From positions 54,568 to 74,567 of the IMG/VR virus record IMGVR_UViG_2609459885_000003: a stretch of DNA of 20,000 nt, one strand, 5' to 3'. The notes under the pieces are model-generated. The model was not told where the DNA came from and searched no databases. It was given only the letters and a program-made list of their open reading frames with translations. Positions 16,001 to 20,000 of this stretch are shown piece after piece; the stretch's first letter is position 1; each line of letters starts with the position of its first letter. A program made the translations under genes and the position numbers. Source of the stretch: an uncultured virus (IMG/VR IMGVR_UViG_2609459885_000003). Its lineage: Duplodnaviria; Heunggongvirae; Uroviricota; Caudoviricetes.

Positions 16001-19000
16001 CAGCAAAGATCTGACTGCGGCCATTCAGAAAGAGACGAATGACCGTATTGCAGATGTTAATGATGCAGCCAAGCAAGCGGCCGACCAACTGCTGAGCGCG
16101 AAGAATGAGCTGAAAACCTCTATCGATAGCTTGTCTGAGGTTGTGACCTCCGGTGACGAAAACCTCGCGCGACAGATCTCGCAGATTGCCGCTGGCACAG
16201 GGGAACAGTTTGACTCTCTGAAAATCTGGTATTTCGACCAGGACGCCGAAGGCTGGACGGAAGATGATAATGGCTACACGCCAATGAGCGTCACCAGCGA
16301 TGGCTGGCTGAAAGCGAACAATCCGACCTCAACCTGTCGTTCCCCTAACGGCTTGACGATCGATGCCCATGCTTATCGTTTCATTAAGATGCGCATTAAA
16401 AAGGTTGGCAACCCAACCTGGAACGCCAAAATGTTCTGGATCGGCGCTGATGAAACCGGCTGGAATGCTGGTCGCTCCGTAGTTATCAATGAACCGGAAT
16501 ACGATGACAAGGGTATTGCGATTCTGACCCTGCACGACATTGAGTGGCGAGATTCGACAACGATTCGTCGTTTCCGCTTCGATTTCACTTCAGGTCAGGA
16601 TGCGGACAATTACCTGTTATTCGACTGGATCGCCGTCGGTCGACCGACGCCGGGCGCAGGCATGGCCGCGTTACAGGAAGAGCAGCAGGCTCGTGCGAAT
16701 GCGGATACCGCCGAAGCGCAGGCGCGCAGCACATTGGCTGCACAAATCCGCGGTTCCTCTGAAAGCGGAAATCTGGACGACATTCGCTCCGGTCTGATCT
16801 ATCAGGAGAAAAATGCTCGTATCACCGCCGATGCTGCGGAAGCGAGTGCGCGTGAATCCCTGCAGACTGAATTCAACAGAAACAAAGCCTCTGTTGCAGA
16901 AGAACTGCATACGCTGTCCACTGAACAAGCTTCCCAGGCAAGCAAGATTACCGGGTTGCAAACAAGCCTTGGCCAGAAGGCCGATGCCAGTGCGGTACAG
17001 ACAATTTCCCAGAAGGTCGAAGAGCAGGGCAACACCCTTAAATCACAAGGGGCGGCATTGTCTACGCTGGATAATCGCGTAGGAAGTGTTGAGTCTGGTG
17101 TATCTGCGAACAGCAAGGCGATCACGGGTCTGCAGTCGACCGTAACCCAGCAGGATAAAACCCTTAGCAGCCAGAGTGAAAGCATCACCACCCTGAATAA
17201 CTCGCTGAGCGATATCCAGAGCGATACCGATACTGCCAAAAGCAACCCGAGCAATTTGCTGGTTAACGCCTCCTTTGAGCGTGACCTGGCAGGGTGGTCT
17301 GCAGGGAACAGCGTATCCAGTATTATCAAGGCGAGTGCGCCCCATTCTGGTAGCAAAATTCTTGTTTGCGCCGCCGGAACGGTGCAAATCACGCAATCTG
17401 TAAGCGTCGTCGAAGGACGGACATACAAGCTGTCCTCTTTTGTGCGGTGCACCACTGATGCGGTGATCAGCAGCCCTGGCAACAACAAACTGCGTATTGG
17501 CGCGGCCACGTTGCTCAAAGAGATTCCGATTCGTCCGGAGAATCTGCCCAAAGATGAAACATGGAAAGAGGTCTCTGATACCTGGAAGGCGACGCTGACC
17601 GGTAAAGTTGACGTATCGATCATGTCTTCTCTCAAAACCGGTTCTCAGTACTTCGATGATGTTGGTTTTGTTGACGTCACTGATGCTCTGGCGATTGAGG
17701 CGAACGCCAGTGCCACCAATGCTTTGACCTCTCGGGTATCGTCTGTTGAGGGCACCATCACAAGTCAGGGGCAACAGATCACTTCGATGCAGAACAGCAT
17801 CAAGAACAAAGCTGACGCCTCAGCTGTGACTAATCTGACAAACCGCGTAACTGCTGCCGAAAATCAGATCTCCAGCCAGTCCCAGAGCATCACCAGCCTG
17901 TCAAACTCGCTGGATAACGCCAATGCTGATGCGGATGCCTCGAAAGCGATCATCGGCAACATGCTCAAAAACAACTCTTTTGAACGTGGTTTCGAAGGTT
18001 GGGAGTATGTCGGCTGGACTCTGCTGGAGGCCCAGAACCCCAAATCGGGGAAATATATCATCCAGGCGGGCAAACTGGCCTCTGGCGGTGACTCAGGCTG
18101 CAATCAAACGGTCGAGCTGCAGGCTGGCAAGACTTATCGTATCGGCGCATGGGTTCGCAAATCCGCTGACTTCGCGATCAATAATGCCGGCAACAACAAG
18201 ATTAGCCTTCGAAACACAGATCTGACGCCGTTAAAGGATATCCCGATCACCGGCGCCGGGCTGTCGACTAACTGGGCACTTATTAGCGGCGAGTATACGC
18301 CAGCCAAAACCGCCGGCGTGGTTGTGTCTCTGCGCGCAAGTGTCGCTTCCGGCTATATGTATCTCGATGACGTCTTCTGCGTTGACGTGAGCAATGAGAA
18401 AGCGATTGATGCGACGGCCAATGCGTTATCAACCCTCAACAGCACAGTGACTCAGCAGGGAAAAGACATTACGTCTAACTCCAACAGTATCACTTCGCTG
18501 TCAAACCAGATGGTTAACGGTCGCCAGAACATGTGGGTGCGTAGCGTATACAACGTACAACTGGCGAACAATGCCACCGAGCCGACCTTTAGCGATATCA
18601 ACGGTAAGGCGCCAATCTCGATCGATGAGGTTCCTGACGCGGCAAAACTGGACTTTGCGAGCGCCGGCAGTTACGTGATCGCGCATTACAAAGCCTTCGT
18701 GAAGGTTAATGCTGATACCACCATCACTATGGCACCAGGGTCCCGTGTTTTTGATGATACGGGCGCCGTATACGTGAACGGTGTTAGGGCTGCTTTTGGT
18801 AATTCGAGCTGGAATACGGTTAGCTTTGATCTGAAAGCTGGCTGGAGCACGGTTGAGTTCCTGGTGAACCAATGGACTGGTCAGGCTTACATTAACCTCG
18901 GCTTTAAACTGTCCGAGAAGGTAGCCCAGCTGAATTCTGCTCTTGGGATGAACGCGCTTTCGAATGCCATTAGCGCCGTCACCTCAAACGTCAGCACCGT

Positions 19001-20000
19001 AGGTGATCGCGTCACGAGCACCTCGCAGAGCGTTACTGATCTGCGAAACAGCCTCGAACAGACCAACGCTAATCTGGCGAATAAGGCAGATGCACAGGCG
19101 CTGTCTACGCTGCAAAATACGGTCTCCAAGCAGGGGGGTACGATTTCCAGCCAGGGTAACAGCATCACGAACCTGAATAACACCCTGACCGCTGACAGAA
19201 ACGCCGGTGACAACCTGATCCCGAACTACGATTTCCTGCAGGGTGCAACTGCGTGGGATACCCAGTATCCGGCGGGCGTCACTTTCGGCAACTTCGGTGA
19301 TGGTAAGGCTGGGGTTAAGCTGAACCGGACGACCACTACCAGCCCAGGCATCTTCTCCAACAACAACAAGCCGCTGCCGCTTAATGGTCAGCGCAAATAT
19401 CGTGTTGTGGTTAAAGCCAAGGGCGTGTCCGGGGCGATGAACATGTTGATCCGGCGCCAGAATAAAATCGGCCAGACCGACAGCAATTATGAAGATAAAA
19501 ACGTCACACTAACCAGTGAGTGGCAGACCATTACCTGGGAGACTGGACTTACTGCCTCTAACGCTGATGGCCAGAACTTTAAGCTTTACGCGCACCCGGC
19601 TAATGCCGAAATCTGGGTTGATACATTTAAGGTCTTTGATATCACGGATGAGGTGAAGATCAAGGCTAATAGCGATGCGCTGTCTACGTTGTCGAGCACG
19701 GTGACGCAGCAGGGTGACAAGATCACCAGTCAGGGCAACAGCATCACCAAACTGACAAATGACCTGGCAACGACCAATAACAACGTCAGTAAAAAAGCTG
19801 ATCAGAGCGCTTTAAGCGTGTTGTCCGGGCGCGTCGATCAAACAGAATCGGGCTTATCCTCTGCGAATAGCAGTATCACTGCGCTTAATTCATCTGTACG
19901 CGCAGGGAATGCGACAAGTGGCGATTTGATTAGCAACCCGACATTTGACCCAGAGTTTAGTCAGATGGGCTTCACTGTGGTTTCCAGCTCGTCTGAGGGC
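13086..20000 (+). CDS. Giant tail tip / host-specificity protein J (central fibre), 3'-truncated by the window (>2305 aa)
   Basis: ATG 13086 (MDQFKKKRLPLLIAGAGGKK...). gpJ motifs include 'ILDLLGEG', 'YPNSVLVGLKVNSEQF', 'WDGTFK...SNPAWIL' and 'FGCTSRGQAHRVG'. Followed by FN3-like domains, coiled coils and lectin-like modules. The ORF track lists no stop-terminated ORF in this frame, consistent with the frame staying open to 20000. Confidence 0.92.
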   Translation, partial: MDQFKKKRLPLLIAGAGGKKSSGSSRTPVEADDTVNSRTMASILDLLGEGVVGGLIDGAKSIFVDGVALQNEDGSFNRSGVTWDFRDGSQDQSPMPGFDFVETPKAVNTQLKTTNAVTVAIDNDDADRVRVIMKFPSLRNIDKKTGDTNGTSVQFKFQLANGNGSFYDVIAAGESSSDVTLTAKKTGVYYRSYEIQLPKPGRAYKVRVLRLSADSNDQYLFNDTWVDSIGEIVDTPMNYPNSVLVGLKVNSEQFGSSMPSRSYLIRGLKIRVPSNYDENTNTYNGVWDGTFKLLSSSNPAWILFDLLTNARYGLGKFVSESMIDLGQLYQIGRYCDEEVDDGFGGKEKRFAINTQITSRQDAYRLIQDIAGAFRGMVFWAGGMVNIMQDSPSDPVMLFTNANVKDGLFTYKGSARKDRPSVALITYNNKQDGYKQNVEYVEDQEAMARYGERKTEAVAFGCTSRGQAHRVGLWLLYTARMESDMITFTAGLDASFLMPGETVLIQNKYRAGKRNSGRIVSFTKNSITLDAPVSLKKSGSFIRIINQEGKIVERDINETGDNITKVTFKTALATADQPVANGVWTITEPDLVPMRARVVAIAQGETPGSFDITVVQNNASKYQAIDNGAALVPENTTVLDPTYSKPSNLVISEGTYLSSPGNLSVKLMLAWEGKSPEYWVSWRRSDEGNVSNWQSVRATEEQYEIVNVAENGRYDFQLYSVSFGGKKSEIITAVYQVKGTMTPPGAPTSLTAVGDYRNVVLNWVNPDSVDLAQINVYASKTNKLDTATLIAQAATTTFTHAGLGDNETWYYWIRAVNKRGMVGQPNSNLGTEATTRDVLSFLKDKITSSELGKELLDEIDSKATQEAVDNAIGEVQNSVNESIQQVENDLAQTSSEIKAQVDSVNQSLKENIDTVNQTIVDNIDTVNQTINTNISNVNSQIEAAKQSIKDGDDALSQEIKKAQSSLTTSLSQTSKDLTAAIQKETNDRIADVNDAAKQAADQLLSAKNELKTSIDSLSEVVTSGDENLARQISQIAAGTGEQFDSLKIWYFDQDAEGWTEDDNGYTPMSVTSDGWLKANNPTSTCRSPNGLTIDAHAYRFIKMRIKKVGNPTWNAKMFWIGADETGWNAGRSVVINEPEYDDKGIAILTLHDIEWRDSTTIRRFRFDFTSGQDADNYLLFDWIAVGRPTPGAGMAALQEEQQARANADTAEAQARSTLAAQIRGSSESGNLDDIRSGLIYQEKNARITADAAEASARESLQTEFNRNKASVAEELHTLSTEQASQASKITGLQTSLGQKADASAVQTISQKVEEQGNTLKSQGAALSTLDNRVGSVESGVSANSKAITGLQSTVTQQDKTLSSQSESITTLNNSLSDIQSDTDTAKSNPSNLLVNASFERDLAGWSAGNSVSSIIKASAPHSGSKILVCAAGTVQITQSVSVVEGRTYKLSSFVRCTTDAVISSPGNNKLRIGAATLLKEIPIRPENLPKDETWKEVSDTWKATLTGKVDVSIMSSLKTGSQYFDDVGFVDVTDALAIEANASATNALTSRVSSVEGTITSQGQQITSMQNSIKNKADASAVTNLTNRVTAAENQISSQSQSITSLSNSLDNANADADASKAIIGNMLKNNSFERGFEGWEYVGWTLLEAQNPKSGKYIIQAGKLASGGDSGCNQTVELQAGKTYRIGAWVRKSADFAINNAGNNKISLRNTDLTPLKDIPITGAGLSTNWALISGEYTPAKTAGVVVSLRASVASGYMYLDDVFCVDVSNEKAIDATANALSTLNSTVTQQGKDITSNSNSITSLSNQMVNGRQNMWVRSVYNVQLANNATEPTFSDINGKAPISIDEVPDAAKLDFASAGSYVIAHYKAFVKVNADTTITMAPGSRVFDDTGAVYVNGVRAAFGNSSWNTVSFDLKAGWSTVEFLVNQWTGQAYINLGFKLSEKVAQLNSALGMNALSNAISAVTSNVSTVGDRVTSTSQSVTDLRNSLEQTNANLANKADAQALSTLQNTVSKQGGTISSQGNSITNLNNTLTADRNAGDNLIPNYDFLQGATAWDTQYPAGVTFGNFGDGKAGVKLNRTTTTSPGIFSNNNKPLPLNGQRKYRVVVKAKGVSGAMNMLIRRQNKIGQTDSNYEDKNVTLTSEWQTITWETGLTASNADGQNFKLYAHPANAEIWVDTFKVFDITDEVKIKANSDALSTLSSTVTQQGDKITSQGNSITKLTNDLATTNNNVSKKADQSALSVLSGRVDQTESGLSSANSSITALNSSVRAGNATSGDLISNPTFDPEFSQMGFTVVSSSSEG
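15780..15911 (+). repeat. Degenerate 33-bp (11-aa) tandem repeat within J
   Basis: QVDSVNQSLKE / NIDTVNQTIVD / NIDTVNQTINT / NISNVNSQIEA, with units starting at 15780, 15813, 15846 and 15879. Confidence 0.7.

Noticed and set aside
16802..17774. Two long minus-strand ORFs (277 and 243 aa)
   Set aside because: They lie opposite the continuous J reading frame and reflect its low-complexity codon usage.
13091..20000. Apparent gene-poor region with only short ORFs in the track
   Set aside because: Artefact: one + strand ORF from 13086 runs off the window without a stop, so it was not listed.
1..20000. CRISPR array, tRNA, IS element, DGR or invertible tail-fibre cassette
   Set aside because: No regularly spaced repeats, cloverleaf, transposase, reverse transcriptase or invertase seen; the J C-terminus lies outside the window.

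Overview
The whole window is the virion morphogenesis (late) region of a long-tailed siphovirus. All real genes are on the + strand. In order: C-terminal part of a probable scaffold protein, major capsid protein, two paralogous accessory head proteins (one with an Ig-like domain), head-tail joining genes, tail tube with a C-terminal Ig-like domain, tail assembly chaperone with a -1 frameshift extension, a 1511-aa tape measure protein, lambda M/L/K/I-like tail tip genes, and a giant J-like central fibre. The J-like gene starts at 13086 and is still open at the window end (>2300 aa); the ORF track misses it because it has no stop in the window. Gene order and the giant J suggest an enterobacterial SSU5/pHCM2-type phage-plasmid (inferred, not verified by search). 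The most interesting signals are non-coding: (i) a 20-bp palindromic motif fused to a -10-like hexamer, found three times and resembling P1-type activator-dependent late promoters; (ii) paired GGA-loop hairpins (CsrA/Rsm-like sites) in front of several structural genes; (iii) a compact multi-helix RNA-like structure between two head-tail genes. The J protein also carries a beads-on-a-string array of probable carbohydrate-binding modules, including a PA14-like domain.
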